This document shows, one piece after another, positions 39,901 to 50,548 of a DNA stretch of 64,000 nt. The DNA is taken from positions 18,600,001-18,664,000 of the forward strand of contig OZ365110.1 of NCBI GenBank assembly GCA_977030845.1, given 5' to 3'. The notes beneath the pieces were generated by a model. It was not told the origin of the DNA. It was given only the letters and a program-made list of their open reading frames with translations, and searched no databases. Source of the DNA: Fimbriosthenelais zetlandica. Its lineage: Eukaryota. Made by a program: the position numbers and the translations under genes. Every line of letters begins with the position of its first letter. The stretch's first letter is position 1.

Positions 39901-40657
39901 TCGATAGGAGGTGTGGCTGATGGAACTTTCACGTTGCGAAATCCCCGTGATCCGATTCAATTTCATTGTTTTATCTTGTGCTATGGCAGTCGATCACCTA
40001 AACCGGTGGGGGTTATCTTCGAATAATTACTTTTAATGCCTCTTGTCACTTATAATACAGCCGCTCCATAGACTTTTTGATAGTTCCCATCATTAGAATT
40101 GAGCTCTGGTTTTCTCGCGTAGAAATATCCTGACAAGGACGTTTTACTAAGTGTATGAAATGTTTGTATTTATGTTTGTTGTGTAATTGTATATAGATAA
40201 TTGAAGATCACGTAAGGCTGTATTTAATCATCCAATGTTATATGGAGAAGATTTCTGTTCATGTCTCTGATTTCCCATGTTCCAACCATTAAAATATTCA
40301 AACATTTGGCACTGTTTTATATTTCAAACTCTTGCCTCAAACTAGTAATTTGATGGCTCTCCAGAATTTGAATCTGTGTAATTGAATAGGCTTCTGAAGT
40401 AACCAAGCCAAAGCCGGACTCATTTAAGGTAATGGCCTACTGGAGGGGGGTCTGCTTGTACTTTCATACGACAGACTCTAATTTTAATGTGTGTCTAATC
40501 TCCAGGATGGTTTCCAGGCTAAAAACCAACCATCAACCAATTCCGGTCAAGCAATCCATCATTAAACACAGAATGTGGTATTTCCGCATTGCAGTCAGCA
40601 CCACCAAAACTGTCATTAAGATTTAGTACTGACTCTTTTCATCTGTCTCCATTCTAG

Positions 40658-40742
40658 GAATCCTCATCACCGTAGCTATTGGAGCAGCATTGGGCATTTT
40701 CCTGGGAGGCGTCTTGCTGGCCATCGTGCTACTGATCCGAAG
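40658..40742 (+). CDS. Transmembrane-helix exon
   Basis: Acceptor ctcttttcatctgtctccattctag| and donor |gtaaag; phase 1-2. Reads GILITVAIGAALGIFLGGVLLAIVLLIR, a hydrophobic stretch of ~26 residues followed by basic stop-transfer residues (RRYR after splicing). Confidence 0.9.
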
Positions 40743-41342
40743 GTAAAGTCACCCCTTTAAGGGCCACATAACCCTTTCCCATTGCCATTCAAGGCGCGTC
40801 GAGGTTGATTGTTGACCTCTGTTCATCAAGATTAATGTTCCTAGCGCCCTTTAATTCTCGTTATCACACTTTATGCTTGGGAACGCCAACATTGCCTGAG
40901 TGCATGCAGTGCTTTCCTGCAGTGCCAAAGTAAACTAAACGATTCGAGAGAAGCTTTGTATCTGGTGCCGATGCTGTGGCTCAGAAATGAGACATAAAGA
41001 AATGGAAGTAATGTGGGTAGGTGGTGCGCCAGTATACGAGGTGTTTTTTTGCTCTTTTCTACCGCTAACAGTGGCGCCTGATGCATCTCCCACTGTGTGT
41101 GGTGATGATATAGTTTTCATGCGCTTTATAAATAAGGGTGTCAGTAGTCATCAGGCTCTTAAGTACGAGTGATCTATCTTTGACCAGAGCCTTATGAGAA
41201 ACCTCCCACCAGGTCCTGCATGGTTGGCACCTCTTCATTGCCCACTCTAGTCAGACCTTGACTGCAGGGTATGGCATGGGCAGACTGGCAACTGTCATCC
41301 ATCATTTAAGCCTGCTTGTTTATGGCCGTCTTTATGTTTCAG

Positions 41343-41676
41343 ATATCGCATGACTTCCCGCGAGCCACAGGAGCTAGATTACCAGATTCGGGAAAGTCTG
41401 CCACGGAAATCATTCGACATCGACAAAGGCTACGCACCGGTGTTGGATGAACGGGGTCACTTCCCTGTTTCAGCAGAAAGATTCCCTTTACCGGTGTCCA
41501 TTCCCCAGTGTCCCGACACCACTCAGACTACTCAGATACCGGTAGACATTACGCAAGGAACAGTACCAAGAGACACTGTGCGGATAGAGGCGCCTATTTA
41601 CTGTTCTCATCCAGAATGTCATGTGTATGAGAGTACACGTCTTGGTGTAACCAATCAGAACAAGAGAACTTCATGA
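41343..41676 (+). CDS. Terminal coding exon, cytoplasmic tail
   Basis: Acceptor tctttatgtttcag|; phase 2 completes the codon AGA. Frame continues as track ORF 41350..41676 (MTSREPQ...HVYESTRLGVTNQNKRTS*). Confidence 0.85.
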
Positions 41677-41856
41677 TGGCGGCCCACATACGGGTCGTTG
41701 CCGGCGCACAGCGAGCCTGTTTCTCATGTGTAAACAAGAAACTTCAATCCAAACTATTAATGGTGCCCTTAAAGATGAATTTGTATTCCTAGGCTATTTT
41801 GTATCTGTAAATAGTTCATGAGCCTTTTGAATGTGGAAAGTGTGCCACAGCCATCT

Positions 41857-41862
41857 ATTAAA
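41857..41862 (+). promoter_or_regulatory. Possible polyadenylation signal (ATTAAA)
   Basis: A variant hexamer ~180 nt after the stop codon. AATAAA alternatives occur at 42894 and 43324; these cannot be distinguished without transcript data. Confidence 0.25.
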
Positions 41863-44800
41863 AGCGTCTATGCTAAGCAAACTCTCTCAGTCAAAGCATG
41901 TATGTATAGCCTCCTATAAGAATGGAACAACTTATATATACGTAGCAGCAAGCTTCAAGCAATGTTGGTCTTAGTAACTGTGAGGGAAAACCCAGCCCTG
42001 AATGACTTGCCATAGCCTACTCACTATCTGATGGAGATTGAAAAGCAAAATATATGAGAAGGAGGCCCAAAGGCTGGTTTCCAACACCATCCATCAAGCC
42101 TATACTGGCCCCTCGGCCTTTCATCCAGCACTGAAGCTACATGGACAAATAATTCGTCAGGATACCTTAGCTGTGTCATTACATCCTGCCGGCAGGTCAG
42201 CGCTCATGACAACGTCTCTCATGACATCGTCAGACGGACGTCACATTATACCGCACGTCATCCTGCCAGGTCAAAAAATACCCGACAAACTTCTATACAG
42301 ACTTGACTTTGACAGGAGGAGCTTTTTTTTCTGTTGCTCTTCTCTCTACTCGTCGGTGAGAAGATTTTGCCGTTGTTGATACAATCAGCAGCATCCGTGA
42401 AAATCCATATTGTTATTTTCCTTCGAAATCAAGAGTATAAGGATCACGGTTTATATTTTTGTCGCTATTGATCGCCAAGAAGGGAGCCTTGGGCACAATT
42501 GCTATTGCTCCTTAGCATATCAGTGGATCGAGGTATTGTTTTATGTAGGGATCTAAAAGGCCTCTATTTTATATGCCCAGCTCACTCGCAGTGTTCATGG
42601 CGTGTCTAGCAAAGAATTGATGTACACCTCTGTAGACCAGAGAAGCCAAATAGAATCTGTATTTTCGGTGATAAGACTAGAGCTGTGGATGTAAGGATGG
42701 TGGATCTGTATTTATAAACAAAATGCATTAGTGCTTATTCATGTGGGATGTATTTAAATACCGTGAATTCTACATGGTTTTTAAAGGTTTAAATAGTATT
42801 GTACATTACTGAGAAAGTACTGATCTCAATAGGCTATATGAAATATGGCACAATTGCAGGAATATATCAATTGATAGTATTTGTTTATATCGAAATAAAA
42901 TGTATCAAAAACCAACTGCTTTATGGTATGTCTTACATATCGAAATATATTTTGGGTAGAAGTTATAAACTTATGGCTTTATATTAATTTTTACCCATAA
43001 GGTTGTTCTTCCCCTCACAGTAGAAGTGATATATCTGGAAAGGTTTTAATCTTGCCCGAGAGGTCTGTAATATCCTGAACCTTCCCAGGTCCCTGTAATT
43101 CAGAATGACAAATTTGGCCAGGGAATGTTCGATTCGGAGAAGTGACAGCCTCAGGACCATCAAGTGCTCATTTGGTTGACACCTAATCACAATCCAAGCA
43201 ACAAACCCAATAGACGGTGGACTACCATATATATCATACATGATGGATATATATCAACAAATGTAGACAACCTACTATAGGTAAAATCCATATATACAAG
43301 ATCCATGAGAAAATATTAATGTGGAATAAAAGCCCTGCCACATCACCTCTTATAATGTGTGAATATGTGCGAGGGTATATAGAAACATGAGATTTTAATT
43401 AAACTATATAGTGTAAAAGCAGAACAAGTTAATGGGCTGTATGTGAATGTGAATGAGTATTACCGCCACCCACAAATAGAGACCCACTAATAGGGACGAT
43501 ATTTGAATAACGAAACTACGATGTATTAGAAGAGAACCTTTACGTTAACTATTGATTATGTTCCCTGAATTACTGTGGTACTCTATCAACAGTGTATTGT
43601 AGAAAAATCATTCCAGAAAAATATCACCATATCTTCAGCTAACATGACTTCATAATTCATCAAGCAGGGTATACCTCGTTGGCACACCTTTATATACCAA
43701 ATGGATATTGATACCCTTCCTTTAAGTAAAGAGCGGGGGAATAAAATATGGCCATCTGGTTGAAATCAATGGATCCTCGCCAGGGCTAGCAGTTGATACA
43801 TAGGTAGTACAAACCACTACAGACGTTCAGCTTTGTCACTTATACTATCGCTATTCTGTATGGGAGCAATAACCATAATGAATGCCATATCATCCCAAAC
43901 GATGCCTTATTTTTATATTAAGAGTGTCCGATAAAGAGGTATTTACTCGTCACCATATTTATCAGATAATGCCCAAAGATTTCCCTTCTAAATCGCCGTT
44001 TACACTGAGGAAGGACATTGATGGCGCCATAGCCATGTTTATGGCTAAGGGCATGCATAATAAATCATGAAATACAGAGAAAGCTTAGGAAGCATTTACA
44101 ATGATTTAATGGTGGGCATTTTCATAACTTAATGGGAATCATCACACCGGAAAACTATTGGTATCTTTAAGATAGATATTTCCATCGTTCCATTTCTGTT
44201 TTCAAGACCCACCTTCACCTTTGTGAAGGTGCAAGACAAGTGTGAAAGACTTCTTGATGAAAGACATGCTAAGGGGTTTTTTCCTCCGGATTATTAGGGA
44301 AGCTTATACATAAGACTTGTACATAGTCATATTGGCCTTCTATAGATCTTATATCTGGGATTTTGTTGGACAGGGTCGGTGTGGATAAAATAATTAAATA
44401 TGAATAGTGACCCGTGTCCAACGTTTGTAGAATATCGGAGCAGACAAGAAGACTGATTGAACGATCTGCCTGCCATCACAGGCAAGGGATGGCCATGCAC
44501 GTGCCGCCTGGTAATCCCTGATGATGGTCGTATAGACCTCCCGGTCAGAATCCTTACAATCGTCTCTCACACTTATCTCATCTCTCCTCCATCTTCTTAT
44601 CTTCTTACAGCTCAGACAAATCCTGAGCGTCAGGTGAAGCCAGTGGAAAAGCACCATGATAAGGGACCAATATGCACCCATGCACCGTGAAAAAATGTCA
44701 CTTGAGGATTTTTGATTAATATTCATGTGACCAGTTCGCTTTAAGCCTTAGGAAATTTGTTGAAATTGCCTGTTTCAAAACTTAAATCTGTGGCAAAAAC

Positions 44801-47800
44801 ATTATGGAAATCGGATGGATTTTGTTGGTGGTTTCTCCAAAAATCCCAGCAGGCATTCCAAGAAGGTTTCTACTCTGCCACCTCCTGGTTAACAGGGGCA
44901 GGGAGGACATTGAGCGCCTGGATTTAGAAACGGTGAGGGGTGGAACTAAATCCTGTATGCTGATCCTCAGAGTGAGAGAAAAGTCTTGTCAAAGTGACTG
45001 TAAATTAGACAATCCGGAGATAATTCAAACCTATTGATACCAAAATTCTTCTTGCATCATTTCAACTGAGCAATACTGTAAATTAGTTGGACCGATAAAT
45101 AAATGGTCTCTCTGAAGCTGACGTTACCTCTCCATGTGAATACTGCTATGGCAATAGATGCCTTCATGTGCAATAGAGAGCAGCACATGAGCAGCTATGA
45201 GCATCAGAGATAGATACGAGATGGCAGCAGTGTAGGAGCAGATAGCTGAGAGGCTCTCTGTAGCAAATGCTCACATTGACTCCATGGATAATCATTATGC
45301 AGTTACCAAAGCTGTCAATGAATTGTTAGATGCCAAGGTCTGTTAATAACAAAATGTAACTTAGTACTGATCTGTTGCACCTCTGCGGGTTTAATGAATA
45401 CTTTAATAATTAAAACTGACAATTTAAGGTCATCACAGATGTTCATCATCCGAAAGATCTATATTTGTTCAGCATTGTCTTTATCAAAGAGTCGCAAACT
45501 TCGATTTCCTTAGCATTCATCTAATGAATCGATGGACGAAATGGTAAGAAAATAGGCATATTCACCAATAAAGAGGAAGCTGCATTAGTGCATCTTGTTC
45601 AACGCCATGCACCTCTCAAACATTTTCTTTGTTCTTGATCAATACTGCTGGTAAAGAAACCCAGCTTCCATGGATTTACGCCAGGAGGCGTCTTTGAGAG
45701 GCTGAGAAACCTTCAATAAAATGTGTCATAGAATCCAAAGGAAACAAGAATTTCAGTCCAACGCAAGAATCATCTGAACATGTATATTGTTTACCCTCGT
45801 GAGTTGGATGCCATTCAGCCCAATAATTTATTAACAGAAATATTAAAGCTTGGTTGGCTTCATTCTCAATAGCGTGGGCTAAAAGGCAGTCGATTAGATC
45901 TTTCTGCCGAAACTATGAGCCAAAGCTGCTATGATTCACCGAGTTTTCCTTTCTTTTTCCCTTTAAAGGGCATTTCAGCTTATCAAATTTTCTCGCCGAT
46001 CCAGCTCAGTGGAAAATCAGATACAGCCGGCAGACATGGAACTAATGAATTTACACCCTGATATCTGACGACGCCCGTCAACGCTGTCGGCTCCAATGAT
46101 GACCAATTCAATCGATGGGCGAATATTCGTCCATGTAGAAGGTGATGGCCGGGCAGGCAACCCGAGTCATGAACGTGTACCGTCTGACACACCTATATAC
46201 CTCATGTATAATGGGAGATAGGTGGTACAAAATCAAAGATTTCTTCCAGGAAAATCTCATTTAACCGATATATAAAAAAACTCGTGTAGAAACGCAGGTG
46301 ATTTGATAAGCAGACTGGGTGATATAGCCTCGAATAACGTAGGCTATACTAAAAGGCAGAGAAAAAGAATCCAAGGGTCATAGAGCTCTATAGGGAAAGC
46401 CCTGCAGAAATAATTAACGGGAGATGCTAAGAATGTGATGAAACCTAACGTCGGTAATCTGCAAGGAAGCATCAGCACGAATCTTGTCTCCGACATGTCC
46501 CTGATGAAGTTTAAGACTTTAGAGTTTGAAAGATGATTATTTATGGTTTAGGGATCGATAACTGTGTTTGTATGAGTGCTCCCGGCAGATGAGAACAGTG
46601 GCACAGGTCAGGCCCCACATATTGCTCTCTTTTGATTGACATTTCCCATTACCAAACCTCGGGCGAGAACCCCTCACCCCCTCTACACGTCCAGCTAACG
46701 CAGTCTAACCTTATCTGGGAAGCGGCATAAGCTGGATGGAAGGCATTGAAGCCCAGAAATTCATAGAAAACTGATTCTTTTGAACTGATTCGATTGAAAC
46801 AATGCAAAATGATAAAACTCTGCAACGGTTCTAAACAATTAGGCCGATAAATCCATTAACATTTTTAATTAGCATGTATTCTCTCCAATTAGGTTTAGCA
46901 CGCATGCAGTCATTTTCGTCGCACTGTAACTTTCCCAATTTCAAATATTTCTTTAAAACACGAAGCCCCAATATGCAATACCCGGCCTACACCAACCTTC
47001 CACATTCATCAACCTTCCACATTATCATCCCTTGATGGAATTAAAATTATTTCAATTTTTAAATATTAATATAATCCTGTCTTTGTCTTCAGCTGTCAGG
47101 ACCATCTCTAGTATGTACCAGTTAACGCCTTCTGCCTCATTTAATGGCAAGGACCTCCTCCCATGCAGGAGAGCCTGGAAGACAGGCTCGTCTGTTTCTC
47201 TAACAGACTCCATATCACGTTATCATAGATTCTTCCTAACTCGATTTTCCAAATGGAACATCCCTGACTCCCCGATAGCGCCTGCTGATAATAGAGGGAG
47301 CCATATGCAACTGTTTTCTATCCGGAAAAGGATGTGTTCAACATAGAAACAACTATATTTATCTAGCGCGAAAAAAACACCTGCTGATGATTGAATACAT
47401 GCAGACTATTCCAACCATATACAGTATATCTATAATATTATATTTACATTGAAGGCTGGGCTTATACTCTTAATTGTTGACATTATCCTGCTGCATAGTA
47501 CATGGTTTCTGTATAATTTATTAGGTTTTATCATCATGGACCACACCCTAATTAGCAGGTCAGGTGACAATGGAGTGGGTGTATATTGAACTGTGACTTG
47601 GATGTAACATTATGATAGGGACCCATTAAATTTGGTTTGATTTAAGACTACGTTTCTACTGACGTGGGCGGTTATTTTAAAGATGGCAAGCAATAATGAA
47701 ATATTTGACAGGATCCTTTCAGCTAAGCTAGGTCTAACCCACAATCTTATTTCTCTATTGCCAAATCATAAATAATGGATGTAACTGTAAGCATAACAGT

Positions 47801-49122
47801 GAAAAAAGAATCTGGCTAGAATACGTGAAATGATTCCAAGTCATGACTTCTAGGTAAAATCCTTGGATCTTTGTATTCAATATATCAATGTTCTTTTACA
47901 GTAATATATCTCAGTCAAAGCAAAGACGTGACGGGCTATTTTATTTTTGTGCGTTGACAAATGATCTGGGAAACTTTCTGACACATATAGCAAATAATAT
48001 TATAAACATTCAACGTATGCATGGTGTCTTTAAAGATGCATTGTTTTGTTTTGCATTGCTTTGCACTGGTGACGTATACCAAGTAACCAATCATAATTAC
48101 ATAACCTCTACCAAAGTGTGTGACCTATAATTCACTATTTATATATCACCTGACCCATTTCTCAATCCCCACTTCCTTCTTCACTTCCTCGCAGAACTGT
48201 TCAGACCACTGGTCACTGAAAAGTTCTACACTCCACCGACCACCATGCTATACATTCAACATTACTATAGAACTATACGGCAATGGTCACCTCATCAATG
48301 AGTTCACACCACCAACTTTTATGCACATATATTTGCACGGATAACTACATATACTTGCATGGGAGTAGAGGCTGACAAAAGGCTGACAAAACCTATACAA
48401 CCGTACATACAAATGGCATTTCAATTGACCTTGTTGAGGGCATGGTGGCCTTGTTGGATCATAAATCATGGTGAAGTGCGTTTTCCTCATGAACAAAGAA
48501 ACCAAAAAGTCCTACAGAACGTCGCCCAGGCTATACCTCCGTCCAATCCAGTAGTGCACTCTGTGGACATTATGATAGGACATTTGTGGACATGTGGATT
48601 TTGGAATGTCGAACAATACAAGTTTACGGACTATTGCCACTCCCAGGGAAGGATTACTCAAAAACCAGGGACCCGTTTCAGCGGAAATATCTTTCATAGA
48701 CTTTCACTTAACATCACTAAGGAGCTCAGAATGACTTAGGACAACTTTAATCGAATAGGAGGTGCTCTGGGAGAGACATGAGGACACTCCCATATTGTGG
48801 CAGAATCATGTAGACATACATGTTAATTAACAGGTAAGGTGCATATATATACACTGTAAAACAGAAACTCGCGAAAAGACCGCATGTTTTAGTCCATATA
48901 TTATATAAGTGTTTTATGAGTCATATATATATTATAGGTGTCTTATATACAAGGTGTCCTTTTCATTGGGATTGCTTTCAACAGATGTTGATAAGATTTA
49001 ACATGATCGCCAAGGAACTAGAAATGTAGCGGCCTCATTTAAACATTTTTAACTGCACAACATAATATTTTTTGCATCACAACAAAAAATGATTTGAGAA
49101 GCTTTGTGACAAAAGTGAGACA

Positions 49123-49226
49123 GCAGTCATCCCAATATCACAAATACTAAGTATTATATAGTACTTGTGATATTGAGATCAGATATAAGTACTATATAGT
49201 ACTGTGATATCAATTGGGATGATTGC
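49123..49226. repeat. Nested inverted/direct repeat (fold-back) block
   Basis: Outer IR GCAGTCATCCCAAT / ATTGGGATGATTGC (13/14). Inner perfect IR CAATATCACAA (49133) / TTGTGATATTG (49165). 16-bp palindrome AGTACTATATAGTACT (49188-49203). Direct repeat TATATAGTACT(T)GTGATAT occurs twice. Confidence 0.85.
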
Positions 49227-49444
49227 TTTCCGTTCAGCCTTCAGGGACTATGCAGCCAGTATCTCCCATATCTCATCCATGCATTCAATGTATTTACTGG
49301 ATCTGACTATTTATTATGGAAAAAAGATGGGAGCACCTGTTTAGTCTCCATTATCTCATAGAAAGAAACGCATATGTTTCTCTGCAAAGCTCCTGAGAAA
49401 ATCTTGGTACTTTGTCAAAGCCAGCATAACAAGGAGCAACTATA

Positions 49445-49570
49445 CTGATAGGTTCCGCTCGGCGATTCCCCCTCGATAAAGCATCAGGGTTATCTCCGGC
49501 AGTTTGTCCAGGGTACAGGCATATAATTTATCTCCCGTGCACCCCTTCAATTCTCGCCTGGTGAATATAC
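49445..49570 (-). pseudogene. Possible LTR/DIRS RNase H C-terminal relic
   Basis: Minus frame reads ARIEGVHGR*IICLYPGQTAGDNPDALSRG, similar to the ARIERW...Y/HxPGxxNxADxLSR end of retrotransposon RNase H. No upstream catalytic motifs seen. Confidence 0.25.
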
Positions 49571-50369
49571 TTCATGGAGGCCTGTTCCGTCCATGTCCCT
49601 CTCCAACTGTGTATGGTCCTTCGAGGCTGCAGTATTATTAGGTGCTGCGCTTGGCCAGTCATATGTGAAACGGTAGGAGAGGGCCTGTTGGCAGTTACAA
49701 GTCCCAGGTGGATTCCAGGCCTGGGGTGCATGTCATAACCTGGTCAGCCAGGCAGTATTTCTTAACAATACTAGCCAGGATTGAACATGTCATCATGCCC
49801 CACTGTGTTCACATTAGCATCTAGATTGTTTACAGTCTTCTCCCTCAAGGGTAGTCTAGCGTCGTGAAAAACCGGCTTTCTGACAACCCACCTACTGATG
49901 TTGATAAATAAGTATAGCAGCATACAGTATAGGGTCACTTTTTGCTGCTAGCTTTGGCATCAGCCGCCAAGTAAGAGAGATAAACTCGCGGACATCTTTT
50001 TTTCCAAAGATGACTCATGCGCATATCTGCGTTTATTTTGTTAGACAATCTAAAACACAAGGACGGTGAGATAAAGTTCTGGTATACAATCAGTGCAATA
50101 TGTGATAGGAGTTTTACTGTTATTGGATTTCTTTCATTCTCATTTGAGAGCTGTTGTCAATGCAGGAAACTCGGGTCCAGGGTTTACAAACACACCGGGA
50201 AAGATATTAAAAAAGTGAACAGTAATCGTACGCCAGTCCATGCTCTCTATAAAGCAGCCCTAGGTAAATGTGTCATTGGAGAAAAAACTGTGAGTAGTAT
50301 ATTGAAATGTGAGTACAGTGGCCCGGAACATTATATTGTGAAAATCGAGTATAGATCATATCTACTTGA

Positions 50370-50396
50370 GGGGGGAAGGTGGGGGGGGGGGGGGGG
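50370..50396 (+). repeat. Poly-G tract (G6-AA-GG-T-G16)
   Basis: Sixteen consecutive G at 50381-50396; could form a G-quadruplex. Confidence 0.85.
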
Positions 50397-50441
50397 ATGG
50401 GAGAAACATTGAGAACCCCACATCCTTCTGAGTACGGATAG

Positions 50442-50548
50442 CCGGAAGTTGTTCGTTGTTTCTGACCTTTTCACCGGAAGTGTTTTCCACTGGAGCAGCG
50501 CCTCACGGTAGAAAGCGATCACCATTTATCACATTTGCGTGACGTCAC
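50442..50548. promoter_or_regulatory. Promoter-like motif cluster: two ETS sites plus a CRE palindrome
   Basis: CCGGAAGT at 50442 and 50474, and GTGACGTCAC at 50539-50548. No associated first exon identified. Confidence 0.3.

Larger units (their letters stand above)
6820..41676 (+). other. Multi-exon gene, 5'-incomplete: type I transmembrane SUEL-lectin / CUB / sushi-like receptor
   Basis: Six exons with canonical splice sites join in frame (phases 1-1, 1-1, 1-1, 1-1, 1-2, 2-stop). They total 1349 nt plus 1 nt from the previous exon = 450 codons, with no internal stop. Domain order is coherent: ectodomain, TM, cytoplasmic tail. Introns are 7700, 12530, 8932, 3746 and 600 nt. Confidence 0.9.

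Noticed and set aside
46993-48391. Short tandem duplications (CAACCTTCCACATT x2 at 46993; GGCTGACAAAA x2 at 48370)
   Set aside because: Ordinary slippage duplications of two units each.
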